A stretch of 63,017 bases of DNA, counting the filler, from Aduncisulcus paluster (taxonomy: Eukaryota), in assembly GCA_024181965.1 (NCBI GenBank). It is 5 parts of 5 records of this genome, joined end to end, with 100 filler letters (N's around TTAATTAATTAA, not from the genome) between each part and the next. Parts side by side here need not be neighbours in the genome. Positions count along the whole stretch, not along the records: positions 30,151 to 39,701 come from BQXS01010808.1; positions 39,802 to 52,917 come from BQXS01010809.1; 3 more parts are not named here. One strand, written 5' to 3'. The translations under genes and the position numbers were made by a program. This document shows positions 33,827 through 44,231 of the stretch, one piece after another. Position 1 is the first letter of the stretch. The number at the start of each line of letters is the position of its first letter. Under the pieces are notes generated by a model. The model was not told the DNA's origin. It saw only the letters and a program-made list of their open reading frames with translations, and did not search any database.

Positions 33827-34086
33827 CTATTTTTAGAAATTCTATTTTTAGAACAACAACTTCAATATTGTCGAATCGGGATCAGAATCAACAATATCAG
33901 ACAGATTTGATACAGTTCTGATCCATTCCATTCAAAATAAAGGGGGAGGAAAACTAACCATTTCCAACATGACATTTGTGGAATTATGGAGGATATGAGG
34001 GAAGAGAATGTGAAAAATAACGAAAATATAATGATTAAATGAATCTTTCAATTTCTAAATTCTAAAAATAGATGTTCTAAAAATAG
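33827..34086. promoter_or_regulatory. Two inverted pairs of CTATTTTTAG/CTAAAAATAG motifs (MEF2-type consensus CTA(A/T)4TAG)
   Basis: Copies at 33827, 33842 (forward) and 34062, 34077 (reverse), each pair spaced 15 bp. Function is inferred only. Confidence 0.4.
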
Positions 34087-35274
34087 AATATGGTCGTTTT
34101 CAAATGTTTACAAATGGTCTGAGAAGGGGTATAAACATCGGAATATTGAACAGAAGGTGTAATTCTTGTAATTCTTTGCATACAATCATCTCGACATGCC
34201 CTGGGAATATCGTATGTGATTGATCATTGAACATCGCAATCATCAAGAAAAACAAACCATTCTTTCAAACTTTGAAGTTCGAAGAATCTTTGCCTGGTTA
34301 ACGATCAAACTTTAGACTCAAATTTTTCATATAAATGGAGATTGTTCACACTAGTGTCACACTAGTAGTGTGCTCGAATTGAAGTTGACAAGTTTAGATG
34401 GCATCGGCTTAGAATAGTTACTATATAATAGTAGTATTTTAATCATCCAACACCGATTTAATATCGCGACATTTATTAATCAATACAAAAAAAGAGAGAA
34501 CCTCTCGATAATTCGATGCAAGGAGAAGTTGAAAAAAGAAAAAAAAAGATGAAAGATGTTTTGATTCAAGTAACGAAAGTTACAAAGCCATGAATAGAGG
34601 AAAAAGGCCAGTTATTCTGAAAGATGATGAAGAACAACTCGAGGAGAAAAGAACCCGAGTGAAACAATATTTAGCATAGCTTCATAGAGTATTTTTTCAA
34701 TGAAAGCTGGATGATAGAAAGTTGTAAATTTTACAGGAGAGAAGTGGAGATAAAGAATCAAGAAAGCAAAGAAAACAATAAAAGAATAGAAAAGAATAGT
34801 GTGCAATAGTTCCAAGGGAAAAAAGGATGCCAAATCAGGCGAAGATAACGACAAGACAAAATTATTCCAAAACCAAAAATTAATATGTTTATATGTTTAT
34901 ATGTTTATATATAACTCACCAAAAGAATAACTATACTGTACTATACCAGAGAGAAAAAAATATCCTTTGATGAAATATATTCATAATGAATCAAGAATGA
35001 GAAATAATTGTCAAAATAAAATTAAAAAACGGGGAATTAAATTACAAATAAATCAAAATTATCATTTTGTTATTTCTTTCCAAAAATATATATATATAAA
35101 TATATAAATAAATATATATATAAAAATATATATATATAAAAGTTCATAGGGGTGAACTCATCCAAAATATGAGAAAAAGAAGTCAAAAGGATCATAAAAA
35201 AAAAAAAAAAAAAGCTGGACGAAAGAAAGAAAAAGCCATCGGAATCATAAAATAAATACCATTAGAATATATTC

Positions 35275-37275
35275 CTATTTCGTTTGCATAGATTGGAAGT
35301 GACTGAGACACTCCTTGAGATTCTTCATAGCTTGAATGCCATCCTCTCCGAGTAACCAAGGAGTAGTCTCTTGAATGGCACACAGGATAGGCTGAACAAC
35401 GAACATAATGAAGCCAACTTCAAGCTTGGCTGTCTTTTGCTGAAGACTGCCAATGAATCGATCTCGTCTTTCACCAATAATGACTTGAACAGACGCACTT
35501 TTCTTCAGGGAACGCGTAGAATCACCTTGGGGAGCTGGAATAGGATGAGACTGGTGTCTGGAGCCTTTGGAGGCAGACAAGGAACTCAAGGAAGCAGAGG
35601 AAGAGAGGATAGAGGACACATTTTGACCACCTTTGATAATGGTAACGGGAGAAGAAGATTTACCCATTGGAATACCTTGTGACTGTTGTTGTTGATGTGG
35701 CTCAGACTCATCATCATCGATCAGACTGAGATCACGGATGCCATCGCCCTCTTGGAGGATCTCCTCAATCACGCCTTCGCCATCCTTCCAACACTTCTCG
35801 ATTCCGAGGAAAGGTCCAGAAATATCAGCCAATTTAATGAACATCACACCGATAAAATCAACAAATCGAACCCTAGGCCCATACCAAGAGGAAGAACAGG
35901 AGGAACACATGTCTTTATGAGTCTCAAGTGCTCCATGACCCTTTTGAGAAGGTGAGCAAGGAGTTGAACAAGAACAATGGGGTCTCTCTGAGAGTTCTGC
36001 AGAGACAGTTAATGGTTCACACTCAGACTCAGAAACTGTCTTTGTCTTGACTATACGCCCACTGTCATGCTGATGTTGACGTCCTTTGGCATGGTGACGA
36101 GCAGAGACTTCTCGAGAGGAAGTGGCTTCCTCCAGTTGGATGGAGGAAGAGGAAGATGACAGGGACATGGAACGTGAGGAAAGGGGGGAAACATCTTCGG
36201 TTACACGTGCTGAAGAGAAGTGTGATTCATCAGAGGGGGACTCTTTGGTGACGCGAGGAGAGGAACCCATTCCAAGCAAGGTTTCAATCTCAGAAGAGGT
36301 ACCAGGATGTTGGAGGCTGTCACACAGCTCACAGTGATCCTTGGGTAACTGTTTGTGACGGAGAAGATGCTGGAACCACTCATTGACACCACAGTGACGC
36401 ACATAAGAGGCAAAGTCGAACTTAGCATCCATAGCAGTAATCATAATAAGGCGGAACAAGGAACGACGTACAATAAGGTAGTCTTGTTGCTCGAAAAGAC
36501 CACATTCAAGAAGAATTTGACAGGCAACGCTAACATGGTGGCGCTCGAGGGGACTAAAAGGTCCGTGAAGCATGGCAATAGGATGGCCATATTGCTGGAG
36601 AAAGGTTTGAGAAAGACCAGGATGCCGAAGATCGTGCGAAGCGGCAGAAATCATGAAAATAAGCACATCCCCTTTCGTTAATACTTCAGGCATGCCAATC
36701 GATCGAAAATACGATAAAATGTTCATACAAAACATTGTAACAAGGTGCATATGAGAAGCTCCATGGTATTGATTATGATAAGCAGCAGAACTTGTATAAT
36801 TACGTTCGCAAAGATAAAAATAACGTAACAGGGCCTTACAAGACACCCGAATAATTTTATCTTGCTCACTTTTTCTTGCTGCACCGCCATAGACACCCAT
36901 ATTAATACTCAATTCAACATCAGAACCACTGGCAACTAATCGAAGATCAGACATGTCAAGAATATCCGTAAACAGCAATCCAAGGATTTCAGTAAGGAAA
37001 AACACATTTGAAAATTCTTTGGATATCTTACGGACATCATAATTCATTGAAGTATAGGCAATATCGTTGCCATCTTTACATTTTTTTTCATGATAATCGA
37101 GACATGATGTCAAAAGTTCCAAATCAAGCTTGGATCGATCGATAGGCAAAAATATACGGTCTTTCCCATAAGATTTAATCAAAGATTTAAGGATTTGATT
37201 CGTAGTACTCTCTTCGTCGATAGAATATTCTTGAGTCGAAAAAGAAGCTTCTTGGAACTGGGAAAAGGCAAGCAT
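35275..37275 (-). CDS. Class I cyclic nucleotide phosphodiesterase with long Ser-rich insertions
   Basis: YHNQYHG, AASHDLRHPGLSQTFL, SPLERHH, IMITAM, IKLADISGP and EVGFIMFVVQP. First ATG is at 37275. Confidence 0.9.
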   Translation of the reverse strand: MLAFSQFQEASFSTQEYSIDEESTTNQILKSLIKSYGKDRIFLPIDRSKLDLELLTSCLDYHEKKCKDGNDIAYTSMNYDVRKISKEFSNVFFLTEILGLLFTDILDMSDLRLVASGSDVELSINMGVYGGAARKSEQDKIIRVSCKALLRYFYLCERNYTSSAAYHNQYHGASHMHLVTMFCMNILSYFRSIGMPEVLTKGDVLIFMISAASHDLRHPGLSQTFLQQYGHPIAMLHGPFSPLERHHVSVACQILLECGLFEQQDYLIVRRSLFRLIMITAMDAKFDFASYVRHCGVNEWFQHLLRHKQLPKDHCELCDSLQHPGTSSEIETLLGMGSSPRVTKESPSDESHFSSARVTEDVSPLSSRSMSLSSSSSSIQLEEATSSREVSARHHAKGRQHQHDSGRIVKTKTVSESECEPLTVSAELSERPHCSCSTPCSPSQKGHGALETHKDMCSSCSSSWYGPRVRFVDFIGVMFIKLADISGPFLGIEKCWKDGEGVIEEILQEGDGIRDLSLIDDDESEPHQQQQSQGIPMGKSSSPVTIIKGGQNVSSILSSSASLSSLSASKGSRHQSHPIPAPQGDSTRSLKKSASVQVIIGERRDRFIGSLQQKTAKLEVGFIMFVVQPILCAIQETTPWLLGEDGIQAMKNLKECLSHFQSMQTK

Positions 37276-37795
37276 TATCAACAAGATGAATGAAAAAGGA
37301 AAGATAAAATGTAGTAAGTAATTGGATTTGATGTCAAAACCCACGATTGAATTCAAGAATCCAATGACGAAATTATCACAAAGAAAATCGATATTTTCTC
37401 CTCGAAATTGGAAATAATCAGGAACTTCTATTTTTTTTTCTTGGTTAAAACCATGCGATTATCCAGTACTATTTCGTAAAGACCCTCAGCACAATTTTGA
37501 ATTGAAATCTTCTATGATAGAATTGAAACACGTTTTTGTGGGGATATTGAGAAGTTTCCGGGCGTTTTTTATCCCATTTTCTCTCCCTAGGCGAGGAGAT
37601 ATAAATCCAATCATTTGTTGAAACTATTAAGGCCGTTATCTCCCGCTAGAAGAATAAACCAACAGTGACACAGAAATTAAGACTAATTTTTTGAAGCATA
37701 AGTTCAAGAAATTGAACTTTTTGTCGATTCATCAACCATCTTATACCCTATTCACGTTCTTTGATTAATTTGGCTTTTTCGAATCAAAATGAAGA

Positions 37796-39701
37796 ATGCC
37801 AATATTAACTTTTAGCAAATTACAAACTTTATTTCTTTCTCTTGATAAAAATTCCTTTCGACAGCAGGATCAAGTCACTCAATTAACTCGAATATGTCAG
37901 ATCATCTCTCAACAGTTAGAGCATGAAGAAGGTCAATTAGAATTATTCGAAATTAATGCACTTGAACCATTAATTGATGCTTTAACCATATGTATTAAAG
38001 AACATGCAGGAGAGGGCCTTGTACATACAATTTACTCTACTATATCAAAATTAGCATCAGAACTTGGTTCTAAAAGTGAATTCATGGTTTTTATGGATCC
38101 TACGTTGTCAGATAAATATTATTTTGATATTTTAGCCCGTTTTACTCATAGTTCTCGAGTGGTTGAGGATGTTTGTCGAACCTTGCGTTTTGTTGTAGCG
38201 TCTCACCCACAAACAGCTAAAGCCATTGCTCAACGTCTTAAATATTTTTTATATGGATTTCTAAATCGAACAACAGAGAGAAAAAGGAGGCCAAAGTCTT
38301 TGCAGCGTCCAAAGTCAAAATCGCGACTTGTTCAATCGAATACGTCGCTATCTTTCACCAGTATTGGAATTGGAAGGAATATTTTCACTATAACGACATG
38401 TTTTTTGAGGTGTTCAGCCGTGGCATATCCATCTGAGCGTATATTGACTTGGGATTCTCCTGTGTGGCTTACCATTGGCAAATGCTATGATTACGGTATC
38501 ATGCGTATGGATACAAAAGACACTGGCACCGTCCGAGCCTTTGTGAGTATGTTAGCCATCTTTGCTGAGCTTGGATACACCCTCCCACCTGATGCCTATC
38601 CCTCCATTCCACAGGCCCTCACAGCCTGTCAGAAAGCCATGCCTTCGGATAAGCATATACTCCAATCATCGTTTGATTTCATTAGTTCCCTTCATAGCCA
38701 TGGTGTTGCCACGATTTCGTTCAAGCATACCCTTCAATTGAGTTGGAGCAGTCTTGGTGCTGTCTTGAACTTTCACATTGAGGACAAACAACTTCTTATC
38801 AATGGTATTAAGGCGGTTTCTTCCCAATTCATATTTAGATCACCTACTGATATCCTTGAATGGGGATCAATCGCCGAAGGTTTTGGACAAATCGATGGAG
38901 GAAATCAGCATAGTATCACCACCTCTTCCTCTTCCTCTTCCTCTTCCTTTGGTCCTCATTCAAGGGGAGCCACTCCCATATCCATCCATCCATACACTCC
39001 TATCTCCACTCCACACTCTCTCCTCAAGCAGTACCGACTCCTTCTGCGTCTTGCAAACCGTCTGCTCTCCCTTGCTCGGACCCATGTTGATGCCCATCCC
39101 AGCGTTGCAGCCTCAGTAATGGATATGATGCGATGGACGTTCCTGGATGTGCTCATGTGTGTTCCAACAGAAGTAATGTGTGAAAAGGGAGCAGAAGAGG
39201 CACTGAAACGCGAGAGAAAGAGGAGGGAACATGACAAATCAAGCAAGAAAATGGCCAAAAGGGACAAGAAATCATCGCAGGGACATGCAGGAGAAAGGAC
39301 TCATATCCCGAAACGGAGTCTTAAAGAAAAGAAAAAGAAGAAATCTCCAACGAAAGAAAAAGATATTATCTCAAAGGATTCTCACCAACAAATAGATCAT
39401 ACTTTAACAACATCATTAACTTCATCAACAACACTCTCGAACCCTCAGATTCATCAGCCATCACTATACAGAGGGAGTCAGCATGAAATAATGGTTGAAA
39501 GAGATGGAAAGATTCTGCTTAAAAAACGGCGAAGAAGAAGTGATCGTGTAAAGTCCTCCTCTTCCTCAACCGCTGGCTCTAAAAGTAAGTCAAAATCAAG
39601 GAGATCAAGTAACAACAAACATGATTATCCACCTTCACCGACTTATGATGCCTTTACTGGCGCTTCTCGGGTTCTTGCTGCTGAATCGATTGATTTCAGC
39701 T
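37796..39701 (+). CDS. Hypothetical helical (ARM-like) protein with K/S-rich region; 3'-truncated
   Basis: An ORF of more than 630 codons running into the linker. No diagnostic motif. Confidence 0.75.
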
Positions 39702-39882
39702 NNNNNNNNNNNNNNNNNNNNNNNNNNNNNNNNNNNNNNNNNNNNTTAATTAATTAANNNNNNNNNNNNNNNNNNNNNNNNNNNNNNNNNNNNNNNNNNN
39801 NAGTTATTTATATATTTAATCCAAATTTTATGAAAAACCAATTGATATCCCATGGAATTGAGCATTGAGAGAAAATGGGAAA

Positions 39883-40650
39883 TTATTTTGATTTACTTTT
39901 CCCCAAAGCCTTTTTAACAAGTTTTGTTGCAGCTTTGTCCTGTCTTTCGGATTTTTTCTTCATCTTCTTCTCAAATTGCATCTCCTTTTCTTTCTTAAAC
40001 TTCTTTTCTCTTTCAACAGCTCTTTCGTATGATTTCTTCTTCTCTTTCTTTTGACGTTTAATACTTTTCTTTAAGAGTTTTGCGTCATCCTTAATTTTAT
40101 CACCATTAGCTCTTGATATGGCCACCTCAAGCAGCCTTTTTCTTTCAATTTCTTGACGTTCTTCGGATGGCATCGATGCAAGAACCTTATCACGTTTTTC
40201 AAGTTCTTTCAACAATTCTTTATCTTTGGTTAAACGGCTCTTCTTTGATTCCGAAGAATCAATGTGCTTATCTGTGGATTTCATTTTTGAAAAAGAGAAA
40301 TCCTCTTCTTCTTCCTCTTTCGGCGATGATACCGGCAAAACATTTTCATTTTCCTCTGATTTGGACTGTTTTCTTGCTTTAGCTCTCTTTTTACGAGCTC
40401 TTTTAGCTTCAGTTCTATCTAATTCTGCTTTTTCCAAGGATTTCTCACATTGAACTTTTATCTTTCCAATTTCCTTGTCAATGGGTGCATGTTTTTTCAA
40501 TGACAATGGTTGAAGCTTCTCACGCCTCTTAATCTGTTTAACAAACTTCCTTTCAATAGAAGAGACAAATCTTAAATCTTCTTCTTCTTCAAAGTATGAA
40601 TGAGGAATGCTCGAATATGAGACATCCAAAATAGACAATATATCGTTCAT
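39883..40650 (-). CDS. SURF6: SURF6/Rrp14-family nucleolar protein
   Basis: AISRANGDKIKDDAKLLKKSIKRQKKEKKKS matches the SURF6 C-terminal signature; very basic. Confidence 0.8.
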   Translation of the reverse strand: MNDILSILDVSYSSIPHSYFEEEEDLRFVSSIERKFVKQIKRREKLQPLSLKKHAPIDKEIGKIKVQCEKSLEKAELDRTEAKRARKKRAKARKQSKSEENENVLPVSSPKEEEEEDFSFSKMKSTDKHIDSSESKKSRLTKDKELLKELEKRDKVLASMPSEERQEIERKRLLEVAISRANGDKIKDDAKLLKKSIKRQKKEKKKSYERAVEREKKFKKEKEMQFEKKMKKKSERQDKAATKLVKKALGKSKSK

Positions 40651-40976
40651 CAGATGGGCTGGTAAGCAGAAGAAATGGATTGTGTTTCAATCGATTTATA
40701 TTTGTGTGATTCTATATTTTTGACAACTAAAATAAACTTATAATGTATCTTTATTATCTAGAATCTTTTTTTGAATGAAAATAGTCCATGATTTCACGAG
40801 TTAGTATTTCTTCTAATACTATGAGCTAATTCAAAGCAACCATTTTGTAAACATATCCAATTCGGAAATTTAATCATGTTTTACTTCGGCATGGGAAGAT
40901 AATGAGGCTATTGGCGAATATCATCAATCATATTTCTGAATCCTCGACTTTGAGCAAATCATCAACAAAAAGGTGA

Positions 40977-43715
40977 ATGTATTGTTCACAATCCTTTCTT
41001 TCAGCTTTCGCCCTCGCGGAAGAAGGGGAAGTTAAATCTATATTATCTATGCTGGAGGGTGAAAGAAAGTATTGGGAATTTGACCCCGTATATGAGATAG
41101 AACCATCCTCTGGGAATACAATATTACATGCTGCCGCTACTTCCAATCAAGTGGGTGTTGTGGTTGCAATAGTATCCCGAATAATTGCTGTTTGTCCAAA
41201 AGAATTAAAACTTCTAAAAGAAAAACAGAACATGCACGGCTATACACCATTAGTTGTTGCAGCACTCTCAAATTCCCTTGATGTTGTTCGGTATCTTGTA
41301 AAAGAATTGAAGGTTCAAACTCATTTTTTTCCCCGACAGAAGAAAAAATGTCTCCCCATATCTCTTGCTCTCATCGGTGCCTGCAGGTATAATAGAATAG
41401 CTATTGTGATGTATTTATTGTCTGTTGGTGTTCCTGCGAATAGTGTTGATTATGAAGGAGAGTCTGCTCTTCATTGGGCTTGTTATGAAGGTCATTGCTC
41501 TTTGATTCGAAAATTATTCTCATTTTGCCCCTCATTGGATTTAAATGTTCTTGATAGTGCTGGAATGACGCCTCTACATCGTGCTGCCTTCAGAAACAAA
41601 GTGAGTGTTATCAACCTTTTGAGTCGCCATGCTGATCTGTGTGCTGTGGATTCGCGGCATCATCTTACCGCACTTTCCCTAGCTTGCCAGAAAGGCCGTA
41701 CATTGGCGGTTGGATGTCTTCTTCGCGAAGCCAAACGTCGTGGTGACGCCTATGTGAAGAAGATGATGGCTATTCCCGATCTTTTTGGACATACATGCCT
41801 TCATTGGAGTGTTAAATGCGGTGATATCTCAGCCATTCAGACATTAATGCGATTTGGTGCCAACTTTGGCCAACGTGATGGGGACGGTCTGGAGCCAATC
41901 CATGTTGCAATCCTTTGTGGAAGCTTGAAAATGGTTGAAGCTCTCCTTGTGTGTGGTGCTTCGCCATTGGCTCCCACCAGCGATGGTTTGACCGCCATGG
42001 AGCTTGCAGATGCCCGTAAGATGAAAGAGATGGGCATTCTTCTCAAGAAATACAATTCATGCAATCATGCAAAGCGTCAGCTTTATAACAAAACCCCATG
42101 TACTTTTATATTGTTTTTATCCTTTGTGTTATTATCTTGTTTGGTTCTTATATTTGAGGTTATTGTTCCTGCCCATTCTGTTATCGGAGGATCGATTTTT
42201 TTAGTATTCGGTGTGGTTTTGTTTATTTTACAGTTAATAGTGGCATGCTCAGACCCCGGGGTCATTGCATGTGACGATACAGCAGGGGATCTTCACATTG
42301 CGAGTGAGATCGATGTTGGTGTTCGACATTGTGAAACGTGTCAAGTTAGGCGACCATTACGCTCCAAACACTGCAGTAAGTGTAATCAATGTGTCCGCGT
42401 GTTTGATCATCATTGTGTTTGGCTCAATAATTGCATTGGAATTGGGAATTATTTATCTTTTTATATTTTACTCATTTGTACCATGACATATTTCATTATG
42501 ATTTTGTACTATTTCATTGATTATTGCATATTACATCCATCAAAGATAGGAATGCCACACGAAGATCAAATATACGGAGTTTTTGCATGGTTATTCCAGA
42601 AGAAAATAGTATGTGTCTTGTGTGCATTAATCGCCGTTATTTTCACACCTGGTGTCATTGCCTTGCTCATTTCACACACTTTTCAAGTATTACGGGGAGT
42701 TACAACCAATGAACTTCTTAACTCATCGAGATATGCATATATCAATCGCTTACCCGATGGTCGAATATTTACTCCCTTTTCACGTGGCCCATGTGGAAAC
42801 ATGTTGAGAATGCTGAAACTCACCCAGAATGATCCTGACTATTTCAACCTGGATGAGGTTGAGAGAGCTCATGAAAATTGTGTCTGTGGGATCAAAGATC
42901 AGAATGGGATTGCTGGTGCATCTCGAATTGAGAATATATTGCTCGATGGAGTTGCAGAAGACGAGGAAGAGAAGAAAAGAAGGATGGCGTTGTTGGCATC
43001 TCCTTCTGATCAGAATCCAACCGTCATTTCGAGTTCTTCAGTCGCCTCTGTTGTTCGAGAGATTGTAGGTGACTATGGATCAAATTCAGGTCCTTACAGC
43101 GGCAAAGAGCATCCTATCAGCGAAGATACCCCTCTATTGTTGAGTACAGGCAATGAGAGGAGTGGGATGTTTGGTGTGGGTGGTGATCAACATCAGCAAA
43201 GAAGTGGACAAGGTGATTTCTTCGGCAATCAGAATGAATGTTCGACGGATTCGATACAAATTCATGGTGCTAAGGGTGATGGAACTGGTGGTGATGGAAG
43301 TGAAGGTGAGGTTATGCTGATATTCGGCGAAAAGGGTGAAAGAAGACGTGTTCTTCGATCTGAATGGAAACTCAAAACAAAGCTTGATATGGCACATGAA
43401 GAAGAAGAAGAAGAGGAAGAAGAAGAGGAAGAGGAAGATGCTGACAAAGATCACGAGGAGGTTGATGAACATACAGCCTTACTTTCACCATCTATCCTTC
43501 ATTTTGACAAAAAAATGCATCGTGATACTCCTGATATGGCGGATTTTAGTTTTGCAGAATTCACTTCTTCTTCCGATTATTCGCCGAGAACATCAACAAT
43601 GTATACTCAAAAATCACGTCATACTTGTCGATTGGATGAAGAAGATTTCCAACTTCAATATATAAGCGCACCATCATCAATAGAGAGTGAGGTCGTGTCT
43701 GATCACGATAAATAA
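40977..43715 (+). CDS. Ankyrin-repeat DHHC palmitoyltransferase (Akr1/ZDHHC17-like)
   Basis: Multiple ankyrin repeats (GNTILHAAA, GESALHWAC, GMTPLHRAA, GHTCLHWSV), TM helices, CETCQVRRPLRSKHCSKCNQCVRVFDHHCVWLNNCIG and TTNE. Confidence 0.95.
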   Translation: MYCSQSFLSAFALAEEGEVKSILSMLEGERKYWEFDPVYEIEPSSGNTILHAAATSNQVGVVVAIVSRIIAVCPKELKLLKEKQNMHGYTPLVVAALSNSLDVVRYLVKELKVQTHFFPRQKKKCLPISLALIGACRYNRIAIVMYLLSVGVPANSVDYEGESALHWACYEGHCSLIRKLFSFCPSLDLNVLDSAGMTPLHRAAFRNKVSVINLLSRHADLCAVDSRHHLTALSLACQKGRTLAVGCLLREAKRRGDAYVKKMMAIPDLFGHTCLHWSVKCGDISAIQTLMRFGANFGQRDGDGLEPIHVAILCGSLKMVEALLVCGASPLAPTSDGLTAMELADARKMKEMGILLKKYNSCNHAKRQLYNKTPCTFILFLSFVLLSCLVLIFEVIVPAHSVIGGSIFLVFGVVLFILQLIVACSDPGVIACDDTAGDLHIASEIDVGVRHCETCQVRRPLRSKHCSKCNQCVRVFDHHCVWLNNCIGIGNYLSFYILLICTMTYFIMILYYFIDYCILHPSKIGMPHEDQIYGVFAWLFQKKIVCVLCALIAVIFTPGVIALLISHTFQVLRGVTTNELLNSSRYAYINRLPDGRIFTPFSRGPCGNMLRMLKLTQNDPDYFNLDEVERAHENCVCGIKDQNGIAGASRIENILLDGVAEDEEEKKRRMALLASPSDQNPTVISSSSVASVVREIVGDYGSNSGPYSGKEHPISEDTPLLLSTGNERSGMFGVGGDQHQQRSGQGDFFGNQNECSTDSIQIHGAKGDGTGGDGSEGEVMLIFGEKGERRRVLRSEWKLKTKLDMAHEEEEEEEEEEEEEDADKDHEEVDEHTALLSPSILHFDKKMHRDTPDMADFSFAEFTSSSDYSPRTSTMYTQKSRHTCRLDEEDFQLQYISAPSSIESEVVSDHDK

Positions 43716-44231
43716 CATATTATTTACTTCTTGAGACAAAAAGTAAGAATCCAAATTTCATAGTTTCATAATTCAAATATTTTCTCTATTATCATAATGA
43801 TCATTTATCAATTCAATTATTCTTCAAATTATAAACAGTAAAATTTTTTCTATTTCAGATTTGCGACTCGCATCGGTGATGGTCGCGAAATGAAAAACAT
43901 CTTCTGATTAGAGGCTCATAAAGAATTATGTATCATATATGAGTAATTAATCCTGAAAATAACAAATTGTGTCATTCTTTTGAAAGGATATAATGAAATA
44001 GATTTAATCAATTTCCAAAGATATCTTGATTTGTGGATATTTTGAAAATAGAGCACTCTATCATATAGATAGGATGTTAAAACTTAATAAAATTATTTTT
44101 TTATATCATTTAAAATGCTGGTAGCTCATAATTATTTTTTGATTCGTCAGGAAAAGTCAACCTAAGAATATGCCAACAAATATACTATATTACAGACATT
44201 ATTTATTGTTCGGAGAAAATACCAATGCAAT

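Noticed and set aside
34880-35140. ATATGTTT and TA-rich microsatellites
   Set aside because: Ordinary low-complexity AT-rich intergenic sequence.
40902-40976. 24-codon in-frame upstream ORF ending in TGA directly before the DHHC start
   Set aside because: No homology support and no frame-consistent intron found; likely chance.
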